Source of the DNA: the human T2T-CHM13v2.0 reference genome, Homo sapiens
Reading direction: 5' to 3' (one strand)
NCBI RefSeq assembly: GCF_009914755.1
Contig: NC_060927.1
Length of the DNA: 64,000 nt
In this document: positions 25,207 through 39,350 of the stretch, piece by piece
Position numbering within the stretch: position 1 is the stretch's first letter
How the letters are laid out: the number at the start of each line of letters is the position of its first letter
Made by a program: the position numbers and the translations under genes
The notes under the pieces: generated by a model
Told to the model about the DNA's origin: nothing
Seen by the model: only the letters and a program-made list of their open reading frames with translations
The model's database searches: none

Positions 25207-25691
25207 TGCCAAGACCAGCTCGATCAGGGAGACCCTAACCCAGCGGCGCTAGAGGAATTAAAGACACACACACAGAAATATAGAGTGCGGAGTGGGAATC
25301 AGGGGGCTGACAGCCTTCAGAGCTGAGAGCCACAAACAGAGTTTTACCCACATATTTATCGACAGGAAGCCGCCAGTGATAAGCATTGTTCCTGTAGATT
25401 ATAATTTAACTAAAATGGGAAACTAAGGGATGGGCTCTGGCTAGTAATCCGCCACAGGAACATGTCCGTAAGGCACAGATCACTCATGCTATTGTTTGTG
25501 GTTCAGGAACACCTTAAGCAGTTTTCTGCCCTGGGTGGGCCAGGTGTTCCTTGCCCTCATTCTGGTAAACCAACAACCTTCAGGATGGGCATCATAGCCA
25601 TCATGAGCATGTCACAGTGCTGCAGAGATTATTTTTTATGGCCAGATTTGGGGACCTGTTTATGGCCAGATTTAGGGGCCTGTTCCCAACA
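25207..25691 (-). repeat. Complete 5' LTR (MER9)
   Basis: TGTTGGGAACAGGCCCC ... GAGCTGGTCTTGGCA, 485 bp with TG..CA termini. Confidence 0.95.
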
Positions 25692-27330
25692 AAAAAGGAA
25701 AAGTCTGAGGAATCATGAGAACTGATTCTTAGACTTATTTTTAATCTACAGTAAAGACAATTCTGTGTTGTAAAAAGGATACATCTATAGACTAATGAAA
25801 ATGAATGACGAGTTCAGAAATAGACCATTTTTCTTGCAATTCTATGTTTAATTGATTATCAATAAACACGTGAAGAAATTCAGTGAAAGGGATTGTCTTT
25901 TCAACAAATGGTACTAAAAACAAATTGAATACCCATAGGAGAAACATAAATAACTTTCATTTATGCATATGTAAAAAGAAAATAAAATTTCAGAATTTTT
26001 CAAATTCATTATGCCAAGAGAAAAAGTTAAGCCTTGAAAACTGATTCACATAACATGGCTGTTTTCCTTTGGTGCATGCCTGTTGCTTCTTGACCTTTGT
26101 GTTGAGATGTTATGCACTATCCAGGCTCCCTATTCTTTATTCAAACCTAGGCCAAATGATAGAGATAGTTGGCCAGGCTGGTGTCGAACTCCTTCAAGTG
26201 ATCGCCCAAGCCACCCCGCTTGGCCTTGGCAGTTCTTTATAATACTAAATATGCCCTCATCATATGACCCAGAAATCTTACTCCCTGGTATCTACCCAAG
26301 TGAAATGAAAACTTATTTTCACATAAAAACCTATATATAATGGATGGGCTCAAGGAATAGTCAACAGGAAACCGGTTACATTAAGCAGCCAGGTCCAGGA
26401 GTCCTCATAATTCCAACAGGCCTGAGATCCATCTCTGCTACCCAGAGACACCCAGTGTCCTAGCCTGGGAATGTCCTTCCACCTCCGAAAGCAGTACCAG
26501 CAGGAACCAGTGGGAGCCGCAGTGGCAACAGGTAAACCAAGCAGAACAAAGTAACCAGGCAATTTAAATTTGGTAATACAGCCCATAAAAGTAGGCCAGA
26601 ATGTGCATGCTACACCTAAACAGGCTGAGTGCCTGCCAAAATAAAGAATTTATATAAGAACCCAAATTATTGTCAGTATCATCAACATTATTGTCAACAA
26701 TACTGTTTGTGGTATTATACTGTAGCTTCATAAAATGTTACAATTAGGGGACACTAGGTAAATTGTACACATGATCTCTCTGTATTATTTCTTACAAATG
26801 CATGTGAATCTAAATTTATCTCAATTAAAATGGAAAACAAATACCCTATACATTAATGTATATATAGAGACTTGGTTTGTAATTGTTCCAAACTGGAGCA
26901 AACCTAAACGTTTCTCCACTGTAGAATGGATTAAAATAATGTGGTACATCTATACAATGAAAAACCAATTAGCAATAAAAAGAAAAAAATACTAATACAT
27001 GCAACAGCATTTTAAAATCTCAAATCTATTATGCTGAGTGAAAGAAGCCAGACCCAAGAAGCTATGTATATAATTCCAGTTATATAACATCCTTTCGGAA
27101 GTAAAACTATAGGTCAATAAAAACCAAAGCTGAGGATGGGGACAGTGGTTGATTATTAGAGGTACAGTAAAATTTGGTGGAATAGGAATGGAACTTTTGT
27201 GATATTTCATTCTATATTTTGATTGTGGTTCCAGTTACATACATTTATACTTTTTCAACACTTTTATAATTATAAAATAAAAATCGTGGATTTTTCTATA
27301 TAAATTTTACCTTAAATAAAATGAAAATAG
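25692..27330 (+). mobile_element. Old L1M ORF2/3' fragments interleaved with a MER34/39-like LTR piece (~25969-26166) and a short Alu fragment (~26167-26228, minus)
   Basis: L1 ORF2-like 'cttttcaacaaatggtac' and 'catatgacccagaaatcttactccctggtatctaccc'; 'ttatgccaagagaaaaagttaagcc'; 'ttggccaggctggtgtcgaactcc'. Confidence 0.6.
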
Positions 27331-28171
27331 AAAAGAGGTTATATTATTTTGCTTGCTGAATACTTAAGTCCTATTATTATCACAAAAAGTAGATTATCTT
27401 TCAGCTTTTTGATAGCACATAAAAACATTGAAACTGCAGTTCTAGCATTCTTTAATATCATTCACAACCTTGCCATTCCCGAATGTTACATTTTTTCATT
27501 TTTCCATGTACGGCCTATATATGTTGTAATTCTATGACTGAATTCAACACATACTGCTTTTCCACCTACAAGTAAGTATTTTTAATAGAAACATATTCAT
27601 AATGACCATTTTCCATATGTACATTAATCTAGGTAGTTAAGATATAATTGACTTAGCCTTTCCTCATTGGTGGACATTTGGGCTATATTAATTTTATTAG
27701 CATTATAAAGAAGACTCCATTGAATATCTTTATACACAGCCAAATTTTCTTTTTTTCCTCTTGGGGTAAATTTCAATATGCAGCATTATAGCAAAGGAGA
27801 TAAATACTTTATTTTCCTTCATAAATACTATTCATGTTTTTCCAGAAAGATTTTTGCTTATGTTTCTGCTCACAATTGAAGCTTTAACAATTTTATTATA
27901 TCTTATACTTACTGGTAGATAAAAATGGTATATATAATATTTTTAATTAATATATGAGTAATAGAGTATTTTGTTTTAATTTCCATTTTTCTTGCATATT
28001 ACTGATTACTTTATTTCAAAAGGGGGCTTCCAATTTTATATCCATTTGAAGCATGGTCTATCCATGCCCTTTGTACATAGACAACTAAATAAAATGAAAC
28101 TAGGGACCAAGAGTTGTTCATAAGCAGCTAACATACTGGCTGCCATAGTGCTATGTACTCAAATATTTGTA

Positions 28172-28220
28172 GGAAGGAAGGAAGGAAGGAAGGAAAGGAA
28201 GAGAGGGAAGAAGGGATGGA
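28172..28220 (+). repeat. (GGAA)n purine-rich repeat, probably an L2/MIR tail
   Basis: 'caaatatttgtaggaaggaaggaaggaagg'. Confidence 0.7.
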
Positions 28221-31200
28221 AAAAGCTAATTTCTCATTGGAAAAGCAGTTATAAACAAGGAGTAATAATTTTAAGAGGCAGATCTGAAAGAAGGCTTTCT
28301 GAGATAATGCTTAACTTTTGCCCTTCTTATTTCATTTTGGATCCCCTTGGTTTTACTCCCAAGGTACCTGCAACTACATTGCTTAATTCCTTTGCTTCAG
28401 AAGGACATTACAAAGAGAAGCACAGATTCAAAATAAATGACAGACCTCAGTAAATTTACATTATAACAGTCAAATATATACATAAAGGGTTTCTGCAACC
28501 AACAAAATCAATAAAATGAGCAGAGAAGTTTAAGCTGAAGATTTAAAAAGAAATACTCATGTTAAAATATATTGCTGATACAGATAGAGGAATGAAGTCA
28601 CATTGAATAGGTCGCCATAGTCACAAAGCTTCCATAGCTTGTCATATTTTGCTGATTTTTGTTGCAGGTATTAAAATGTGTGTCATATTTTTCTCATTTT
28701 AAATTTTACCTATTCATCTTTAAAATGTACTTTTATTTCCAAGGTGAGGATGAAGCATCACCTGCAATAGGAATACTATATTTCTATACAGGAAAAAGTG
28801 ACAACCCTGAAGTATTTGGCTTTGGGGGCTTTGACCATTTATTTTGCAGAGTAAAAAATTCTAAAATAGGGAAGGTTTGCTACCGTAGACCCAAGCTGAT
28901 GAGCTTTATTTTGTTCGGTTTTGTTTAATTTCCCCTCTCCTATCATTATAATATATAAGATACCAGCCTTATTAAAATGAAGAATTCTTGTTTGCCAAGT
29001 GAAACGGCAAAAGTAACAAGTACTTATCTAGCAGAATAGTGGTAATAGTGAGAAATCCATCTTTGACAAGGAGTAGCAAAATCACAGATTGGTGGTTCTA
29101 CGTGAGAATTTTACTATGCAAAATCTTCTCCCTTCACCCTACCCCAGAAAGAGTAGCTCATGGGATATTGGTAGCCCATCTGGAGTGCTCAGAGCCAATT
29201 CTGCTAATGCCAGATAATAGCGTGTGCATCAGAGCAAAGCTGGAATAATCCTGGCAAGTAGAGAAGTGGTAATTTGTGACTGACATTGAAGGTTTTCAGA
29301 GGATCTAGAATCAAACAACATATTTCTTTTTACTAGGAGTGACAGCACCTTCCATTGTCACACTAAATTCCCTTGTGCTATAGCTTAGTAAAATGAAAGC
29401 AAACATTATTTGGAACATTAGCTGTAAGTCATGCAACATTCGGCAGCTCCAATTAGCATTTGAATAATAAATTGAAATGAGCCCAACAAATATGTCTGAA
29501 GCAGACTACTCGTGGAAAATATATACTTAAGTATATTACTATCCAAGGTGGCAAGGGGTACAAAATGAATGTTGGAGTTGGACATAACACTGCCCACCTT
29601 TTCATTAATCAATATTTATGAAAACTTACATATGGTTTACGATGTTCATTTCCTGAACTGAATCACACAACAGGAACTTACCAGATAAAACAGTTAATAT
29701 TTGCAATGCATTCTACTGTTATAATAATTGGTAGAATGGCTTAAACTAGCAAACCCTGGAATCCTAGGAATTTCCAGAATTACGTATTTTCCAAAGTCTA
29801 CATTAAAGACAAACAGGAAAATTTGGGATTGTAAGAAAGAAATCACAATAGAGAAAAAATCTTACTCAGATTAAAGGCAATGTAATTAAACTCCATGGGA
29901 TCAGTGGAATTACCATAAAAACAATTATTTGGAAGGAAAACATGGGGAAAGAAACCAGGCAATTTTTTAACATAGTATTGGTGTTCAGGGAAGATTTTGT
30001 TTATTCATTCATTCATACTTTCAATTATCAAAACATTCATTGAGTATCTACTGCTTCTGACCTTTTAGTAAAATCTTCAGATAAAAAAAGATAGATATAA
30101 AATATGTATTTTTAAAGAATCTCACCAATCAGTGGGAGAAGATGACACTTAGACAGATTGTGTAAAACGATGTGAAAATTCTGTAATGGAATTATGTACA
30201 AGGGAAACATTTATAACGCTTTAAGAGGGGCACTAAAATTTTCTGATAGGCTATGATGTCTAAAATAAATCTTAAAGGATAAATAAATATTATAAATTTG
30301 ATCAGTTTGTGATCAGCATAAGAAAAAAATCTACAATGTAATTTAAAATATTTATCACCATGTTACTGAGAGTGAGACACACATCTAATATTTATGATAA
30401 GAGGTGTTAAGACCACAAACAAACTTATTTCCTTTTCCTTTTGCTGACTTCAAGACCTGATAACTTTTATTTGTCATTTATCTACATAATAACTTTCCTT
30501 TATTCATTTACTGCCAGTTGCTTTAGTTAAAACACCTGAATAAGCAAGTCTGATTCTTGACCTTGTCCTAGGTGAGAGTGTCCCAGATAAACAAACCTGT
30601 GGTGGAAAAGGTAAAGGGTGTAGGTTTCTTCTGATCTGGCATATTACAACAAAGCTGGGGCTTTTTGGCAAAAAGCCTTAAAAGAAGTTATTGAGGAAAC
30701 CCTGAGATTTAAAAAGACACAGTAAGAATCTTCTGGACAAAAGCTACAGGTGATTTTCATACTTTACCTATCTTATGAAGGTGAATTGTTGCATTTTGGG
30801 ATTGAGAGATGTATAGACATGGGAGTGAACTTGGAAAATTCCTACAATTTGGGAGTTCATAAAATATTTGAGAATGCCTCTTTCTCAGAATTAAGTTTGG
30901 TCTAGAGTATCATCTGAAATGCAAATTATGTTAAATTGCCAAAAATTTAACATAACAGGACAAAGTACCTGTCCGCTATATCCTCAGATTACATGACTCT
31001 AGAAGACTGAAAGTCATACAAAGCCTTCAGATATTGGAGGAGAAAATATATCCCTGTTATCTGAACAAAATATACCCACTTTTAGAAAATTTCTCTTCAT
31101 ATTGGCATCTGGAGACTCTTTCTTACACTCACCCCAGTTAATATGAAAATATGTGCCTTCCAAGTTGTGACGGATGTCTGCAAGCCCAGAACAAGTGTGT

Positions 31201-31259
31201 GGTGCTTCTCAGAAGTTTCAAAAATAATTCTGAAGTATGCTTAAGTGAATGCTAGACAT

Positions 31260-31311
31260 GCACACACTCATGTGTACACAAACACACACATACACACACA
31301 TCCACACACAC
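31260..31311 (+). repeat. Imperfect (CA)n microsatellite
   Basis: Visible CA repeats. Confidence 0.8.
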
Positions 31312-31409
31312 CAGATTCCCATAAATTCCACATCCCAGAGTAATAACTATCAATAGTTAAGTACAATTCTTTTTCAGAATATTGTCTACTTCATACAGAC
31401 GTATACATT

Positions 31410-31680
31410 TTTAAAATAGACTTTCATTTTAGAACAGATTTATGTTCACAGCAAAATTTAGAGGAACATACAGACTTCCCATATAACCCCATCCCAAGGG
31501 AATAGCCTATGCCACAATCAACATCCCACACCAGAGTGATACATTTATTATGAGCTGTGAAACTGCACTGATATATTATTATCACCCAAAATTCATAGTT
31601 TACATTATGTTCACTCTTAATGCTCCACATTCAATGGGTTTTTGGATAAATATATAATGACAATTCCACCATTGCAGCAG
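31410..31680 (-). mobile_element. L1MC-type 3' end
   Basis: 'gttcacagcaaaatttagagg...caacatcccacaccagagtg...atcacccaaaattcatagtttacatt'. Confidence 0.7.
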
Positions 31681-32144
31681 ACAGACAATTTGAACAGATT
31701 TTTCATATTTTACTTAGTTATTTGAAACCTCCTTTTTCACTAAACATCTTTCTGTCAGGGTCCAGGTAGAGCTACCTTACTTTTTCATAATGTCATAGAA
31801 TCACATGGACACATGTATTTTAGTTAGAAATATGTTATTGATAGACATTTAGTTTTCTATTTTCCTTTTTATCACAAACAAGGCTGAAATTACATCCTTT
31901 TTCATAAATATTGTCATGTCTTGTATATGCATATGTTTTGGACATTATATGCATAATGTCTAGATAGTATAGAGGGAAAGATCATTGTCTTCAGAATCAT
32001 AAAAAAAGTTTTGTTCAACTACAGTTACATCATTTGCAATTTTAAAAACTTTGACAAAGTGAAACCATAATTTCATCATCAATAAAATAATCTCTATGGA
32101 ATTGTTAAGATGAAATAATATAAAATACATAACATTTCTCTTAG

Positions 32145-32463
<319 letters not shown>

Positions 32464-33158
32464 CATGTTTTTATCACTAGAGATTTTGTGTGGTCATGAG
32501 ATTATCAACTTGGTCAGCTGTTATCACTCCTCTGATGCAGGACCATTCACTGAAATTCACACCAAAATGAGTTGAGGTGGGGGCACAGAGTGCTGACAAG
32601 AGGATGCCAGTGAGCTGAACAGACTTTGAGGTGAACTTAGGAATATCTTGGCGCAAAAAGACTACCAGGGCTCCTAAGCCAGGTACAGGAATTAGGGTCT
32701 ATGCTTATCTTCACTAAGGCATGGCTCAGTCCTGGCCTGAAAGCTTTAGGACAGCTCCCAGCATTGTCCTGGAGGCAGTGAACACCAAGGGGAATATAGA
32801 CCCTGCTGGTTCCATCCTGAAAGGGCAAGAGACTTGCAGAGACCTACCAACCTTTCTCTGTTTCAACCAAGTTACTAAAGTAGAAACCTCATTCTAGAGA
32901 TCTAGGAGCATCCACTGTAAAAGTAAGAATTGGGGAAATCCCAAACAGGTTTTGTCACATCCAGTCTCTAAAGAATCAAGAGAAACAATCTGTCTCTGCT
33001 GACCAGGGCACAGGCAATGTGTGTGGCTAACTGTGGAGGCAACAGCAAATTTATAAATTAAGAGCCTCCATGAGCTTTGCCATTCTGGATGGAATCATCT
33101 TTCTCCATTGCCACATTTCTGGATCTTCCACCATCTCAGGAATTGATATTCTTTTCTC

Positions 33159-33529
33159 TGATACGGTTTGGCTGTGTCCCCACCCAAATCTCATCTTGAA
33201 TTGTAACTCCCACAATTCCCACATGTTGTGGGAGGAACCCAGTGGGAGGTGATTAAATTATGAGAATGTTTCTTTCTGGTTCTGTTCTCCTGTTCTCCTG
33301 AGAGTGAATGAATCTCACGAGATCTGATGGTTTTAAAAATGGGAGTTTCTCTGCACAAGCTCTGTCTTTGCCTGCCCCCATCCACGTAAGATGTGACTTG
33401 CTCTTCCTTGGCTTCCACCATGAGTGTGAAGCCTCCCCAGCCACGTGGAACTGTGAGTCCAATTAAACCTCTTTCTTCTGCCCAGTCTCTGGTATGTCTT
33501 TATCAGCAGTGTGAAAACAGACTAATACA
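33159..33529 (+). mobile_element. THE1 (THE1B-like) solo LTR
   Basis: TGATACGGTTTGGCTGTGTCCCCACCCAAATCTC ... AAAACAGACTAATACA. Confidence 0.92.
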
Positions 33530-33574
33530 GAAGTATTAGTAGGGGATCTTGTGATCTTGTTGTGAAGGCCCTCA

Positions 33575-33677
33575 TTTTTCTCTCCTCAAGAGTGATTTTC
33601 TCTAGTAGTACGCTTTACTTGTTCCTTTTCATTTTAGTGAATGTTTTTGCAATGTGGTTATCATGAAGCTTACAAAA

Positions 33678-33734
<57 letters not shown>

Positions 33735-35460
33735 CAAGTTATTTTAATCAAATGTCAGCTTATCTTAGATAACAAAAAGAAACTCTTCATTTTATCTCAA
33801 TCTCCCCATAGTTAGGTTTTATCTTTTATCAACTTACATATTTTTATATTGCTTGTCTCTTGACAGGTTACTGTAGGTATTATTGTTTTTGATAGTTTTA
33901 TATTTTGGGCTTCATACTTTTAGTTATGAGTGGATTGCACATATTTATAGTACTAGAATGTTCTGAGTTTGTCTGTGTAACTTAATTTTCCCAGTGGGTT
34001 TTATACTTTCAAATGTTTTATTTTCACATTGTTTATTTGTTTTCACATTGTTATTTACTTCTTTCAGATTGAAGAGTCGCCTTTAGCATTTCTTGTAAGA
34101 TATCTGGTGGTAGTAAATTCTCTCAACTTTTGTTTGTCTAGGAAAGACTTTATTTCTCTTTTTCATGTTTCAGTGAGACCTTTGCTGGGTATAGTATTCT
34201 TGAATAAAAAGAATTTTCCTCTTTCAGGACTTTGAAAACATCATTCTAATCCCTCCTGGCCTGTATAGTTTCTGTTGAAAAGTCTGTATGAATTTGAGCT
34301 TCTTTATATGTTATTTGCTTGTTTGCTCTTGTTGCTTTTAGGATGTTCTCTTTAATCGTATCCCTTTCTCTTGCTCAGCTCCTTTTTGAACACCAATAAT
34401 TCTTAGATTTGCATTTTTGAGGTCATTTTCTCTATCTTATAGGTAATATTCACTCCTTTTCATTCTTTTTTCCCTGACTATGCATTTTCAAATAGCCTGT
34501 TTTCAAGCTCACTGATTCTTTTCTCTGCCTGATCTTTTCTGCTGTTAAGAGCCTCTATCAAATTTTTTAGTTCAGCAAATGTATTTCTCAGCTTTAAGAT
34601 TTTTCTTTGATTTTTAAAATTATTTTAATCTCTTCATTACATTTCTTTGGAAAATGTTTGAATTACTTTTCTGTGTTATCTCAGAGATCACAGAGTTTAC
34701 TTTAAACTGCTATTTTAGATTCTTGGTCAGATAATTCACATGTCACCATTTTTTCAGAGTCACTCACTGGTTCCTTGCTCTGACCCTTTGAGGAGGTCAT
34801 GGTTTCCTGCTTGCTGTTCGTTTTTGTGGGTGTACACCTATGTCTTTGCATTGAAGTATTTATTATTTATTCCAGTCTTCTCTGCCTGGCTTGTTTTGGC
34901 TTTTGTTGTCTAGGTTGGCTCAGAGATTCTCTGTAATTTACCTGTTGGTTGTCTTTCTTTTTTCCCCACTAGGTTATTGCCTACATTTTGGAATTAGATG
35001 GCACCTTAAACCCAGATTTGCCTCAGTTCTAGTAAACAATCAAAGTATCACATGTCCTGAATGGGGGTGGTTCCAAAGGGGCTAACCTGGTAGTGTGGGA
35101 AGGCTGTGTGGTAGTTTGTGCCCAGGAAATCTGTGAAAACAAACCTTTCACCACATTCTGTTGCTGAACAGCCATTCTGATTTTTCTTCTTTTTGACAGA
35201 GTTACAGAGCAGAGATTTCAGGGTTAGAGATGTTCATCCTGCCTCCCCTCTTTGTCTCTGGCTATCCTCAGTGGTATTTGTCCATCTATGTACTCTTATG
35301 CTTCTATTGAGATTGAGACAGGAACAATTGTAGTTCCCTACAATCTTGGGTTCCCTGGCAATGCATGTTTGTTTTTGGTTTTCTGTGGTGAGTAATATAG
35401 TCAGCTTGCTTCTCCACCACCATTTTGGTGGTTCTCCCATGTTCTCCCATGGGAGAATTC
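33575..35460 (-). mobile_element. Old L1M 5'UTR/ORF1/inter-ORF fragment
   Basis: T-rich reverse L1 with 'aaattctctcaacttttgtttgtctaggaaagac' and 'ttcaaatagcctgttttcaagctcactgattc'. Confidence 0.75.
33681..33731 (+). repeat. (TA)n perfect microsatellite, about 25 units
   Basis: Uninterrupted AT run. Confidence 0.97.
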
Positions 35461-35469
35461 CAAAGTTGT

Positions 35470-36060
35470 CTCATGTTTATTGCAGCACTATTCACAATAG
35501 CCAAAATATGGAATTAACCTAAGTGTTCATCAACAAATGAATGGATAAAGAAAATGTGACCTATATAATCAGTGGAAAACTATTCAGCCATTAAAATGAA
35601 TAAAATCTGGTCATTTGCAGCAACATGGGTGAAACTGCTGGTTATTATGTTAAATGAAATAAGCCAGACACAGAAACACAAATATTGCATTTTCTCACTC
35701 ATATGTGAGAGCTAAAATGGTTGGTCTCATGGAAGTAGAGAATAGATTAATGGTTGCCAGAAGTTAGAAAGGTTGGGGGAAGTTGAAGAGAGGTTGGGAA
35801 TGGGTACAAACATAAAGTTAGATAGAATAAGTTTTAGTGTTCAATAACTGGTAGGGTGACTAGATTTTGTAATAATTTACTGTATATTTCAAAATAGCTA
35901 GATGAGAAGATTCAAAATGTTCACAACACAAAGAAATGGTGAATGTTTGAGGTAATGGCTATCCCAAATACCCTGATTAATTATTACTATGTTTCAAAAT
36001 ATCACATGTACTAAATATGTACTAAATATATATATATATATATGTATATTCATTTTTAAA
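35470..36060 (+). mobile_element. L1MA-type 3' end
   Basis: 'catgtttattgcagcactattcacaatagccaa' through 'tccaaataccctgatt...atcacatgtac'; contains a short (TA)n near 36026-36045. Confidence 0.85.
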
Positions 36061-39048
36061 ACTGATTCATAGAGCACAGAACTGTAAAAGCTCAGTTTAC
36101 TTGCATCTCCCCTTGGAATTCAGTCCTCCACACTAGACATGGCCTATGCAAGGTTAGAAGGGAAGATATGCATTATCTAGCATCCTGTCTATGACTGGGT
36201 GAATGAATGAATTCATGGCAGAGGAAGCAGGATGTATTTCAATTTCAAGTCCAAGGTTAACTCCCCAAACTATTTCACAGAATGAAAGTAGTGTTTTGAT
36301 CTTGGACTCCTGTGCGTATTTCAGAATTTGGAAGTGAGAAGTATGTAAAACTGAGCAAATATAAAAAATATGGCAATGATCAGCCAGAGAGCTGTCAATG
36401 ACAAAATTCTGGGGGCTAAAGCAGAAGATAAACAATGACATTTTCATTAGACTTGTTTGGTTTCCACTGTCACCACTAGTCCTCATTTTCCTCAAATGGA
36501 CATTTTTGACTATCCCAACTGCTGGCTTGGGCTCCTCAGAGCCACCAGGACTTATCCTTACCTTAGGTAGAAAGAATTTAAGGAACTGTAGTTTGACCTA
36601 CAAGACTAGAGGCTGGTTCACCAAGAAGCTAATGAAGCTCAAGCTTCAGGCCTTTCCCTTGTATAGGAACTTCCCAAGGCTCAGTGTATTCTCTTTCAGG
36701 AGCACCAGGAGGAAGCAATGACCCTTGACAAGGACCAGAAGCATTGAGTGCTCCTGCCTTCCTGAAAATTACCCTTTAAGGTTTCAGGCCACGAGAAACG
36801 TAAGCAAGCTTCCAGCACTATCTTCTACACAGTCTCCAGAAACAACCGGTGCCATCATATCTCTCTTAGCAACCAGATTCCATGTTTTACCCCAAGGAGA
36901 AAAATTTGTGTTAGATGCAACTTCCTTCCTAAAGAATGGTCCAAGGTGGGGAGAAGGTAGTCTTGGGAGGATAATCAGTGACAGCAAAGACCTGGCTGGG
37001 ATGGAGCAAATGTAGCATCAAAGGTCTTCCCAAGGAACACTAAAGGCCTACAATTCTCTGATGGTTTTTTTCTCAGAGTTAATTTATCACTAACTCAGCT
37101 TAACCATTCAAATTTACTCTGGCAATAAGAAATTAGTGTAACTTTTGAGTAATTATAAACAGGAAGGCTTTCTTATTATAGAATAAAATAATATAAAGTA
37201 TCCCAAAAATCAACATGAAATATACTTTAAAACCTAGAAACAAAACATATGCCAAACTAACCCTTTTCCAAACAATCTTTTACATATAAATTCAAGATGT
37301 GTAGCTGTGTTGAACTTACATTTAATCAGCATCAGTCTTTATCAGACTGAAATTAAACGAAACCATTTTTCTTCCTGGTAGGCACAGTAATTCTTATATT
37401 GCAGAGTCACACCATCTGCTCTAACTTTAACATTTTGGGGATTTCTTTGAGAACAAACATATTTATAAAATCATTGTATATGCTGTTAAAATTGAAGCCA
37501 ACGGTAGCCTTTAAATGCATCAAATCTGACGTTTATAACGGCCTAAAGAAAGCCCCAAGCCATCTCTACCTGCCAGAATCTATAGCAGTGTTTCCTAGCA
37601 TAAACTAATCAAAAACTGTCACAAGAGTTTACACCGTCTGGCATCACAGAAACCCAAGTCTTCACTTAATGTTGAAGTTCAAGAGTTTTATCTTCTCTGT
37701 GTTAAATCACTTTGGGATTTCACAGTGAATTCAAAGTAAAACAACATATACACACAGCAATATTTGGGGTATATCTGAAATCAGTGAAGCCATTCCCAGG
37801 TATCTTCTCATCCCATTAATTGTTAAAATCATTATGGCCACTATACATTCTTCTGCATGACATATATCACATAGCGATATCACTGAATACTCTAATGATG
37901 AGTTTTGCCTCCCCACAACCCATTTCTTTAGCTATTACAAAGGCCCCTTTGATACTGATGTATCAGTGTCTGTGGTATGATCAAGAGAACAGCCCTTTAG
38001 AACCAACTGAGGACTAGTTCACAAAGAGTCTTGAGAAGAATCTATATGCTATCATGTGAAACCAATTCTATTTCATCAAGATTCAAACATCACACTGGTT
38101 GTGAAAGAAATAAATGCAATTAATGGAGCAAGAGGAAAATTTAAAATAAGTCTAATCACCTTACAAAAAGTTTTTTACTACTTAAATAGTAAAACATACC
38201 AATCATTTTATTGGCATTAGAAAAGCTGCTTAGACATGAGTCCATCCCGGCTATATTTAAAATCATCTATAAAACATTCAATAAAATCAATGTGTGGGAT
38301 TTATATCCCATATGATTCTTATTTAAGCAGATGATTCTTAAGTAAATACATAACTTAAGTGGACCTTTTTCTGTAGCCCAGACTTATCAACTGTTAATAA
38401 TTACTAAGGTAGCAACATTGTGGATGGTAAAATGACTCTCGTTTATTCAGTAATACTTCAATTTTAGCATCATTCATTTGCTAATACTATTGACAATAGA
38501 AGCTTCTAGGGTATTAGGATTTCAGGCATTTGCTAAAATATTTTAATCACTGGCTTAATAAAGGACAAACTTATTTAAAACTTATTTAAAGCATAAAGAA
38601 GTTGTGTTTGGGTACCTGAGTTTAAAAAAAAATGTATCCTTTTCCTATGCTAACACATAGATATTATCGAATTCATTCAACAAAAAGAATCCCTGGTGAA
38701 ATAGTACCAAAATGAGAGTAGCTACTCCAAGCATCCTAAAGGTTATACGATTTCTACCATAATTTCTTTCTTCAAGGACAATGACAGCAAAGGGAGAAAA
38801 TGCCAAAACATCAAGCAAATATTGACATACAGTATATGAGCAGAAACTGCTGATATATGGAAATGATTGCAATGCACTATTTCTTACCAGTGATGCCTTC
38901 CATTTGGTGACAAAGAGGCATTCAACCAAAAGCTGTCTTGGGAGGCACCAGTTGCAAACCACTCAAAAAATGCTAATATCCACAGAATAGAATTATACAA
39001 AAATCTACTAGAGCTCTTCTCATTAAGGAGTTAAGAATTTAAAATGTA

Positions 39049-39350
39049 GGCTGGGCACGGTGGCTCACGCCTGCAATCCCAGCACTTTGGGAGGCTGAGG
39101 CGGGCAGATCACGAGGTCAGAAGATCGAGACCATCCTGGCTAACACGGTGAAACCCTATCTCTACTAAAAATACAAAAAATTAGCCGGGTGTGGTGGTGG
39201 GCGCCTGTAGTCCCAGCTACTCAGGAGGCTGAGTCAGGAGAATGGTGTGAACCCAGGAGGTGGAGCTTGCAGTGAGCCGAGATTGCACCACCACATTCCA
39301 GTCTGGGCAACAGAGTGAGACTCCTTCTCAAAAAAAATAAAAAATAAAAA
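39049..39350 (+). mobile_element. Full-length AluY-like element
   Basis: 'gagaccatcctggctaacacggtg' and 'ggagcttgcagtgagccgag'; exact 17-bp TSD TAAGAATTTAAAATGTA (39032-39048, 39351-39367). Confidence 0.95.

Larger units (their letters stand above)
18702..25691 (-). mobile_element. HERV-K(HML-3)/HERVK9 provirus with MER9 LTRs (defective)
   Basis: Two homologous LTRs, Lys-type PBS, PPT, and gag-dUTPase/pro-pol-env homology to betaretroviruses. Confidence 0.95.

Noticed and set aside
18702-25691. L1-mediated processed pseudogene of an ERV (HERV-W style), suggested by the missing U5
   Set aside because: The 5' LTR retains full U3, and there is no poly-A tail or long TSD at the truncated end.
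28645-28830. Possible coding exon(s) after polypyrimidine-AG sites
   Set aside because: No convincing donor pairing or protein similarity; such sites are frequent in AT-rich DNA.
33575-36060. Single twin-primed L1 at the strand flip near 35465
   Set aside because: The reverse part is 5'UTR/ORF1 and the forward part is the extreme 3' end. The multi-kb gap fits two elements or a later deletion better.
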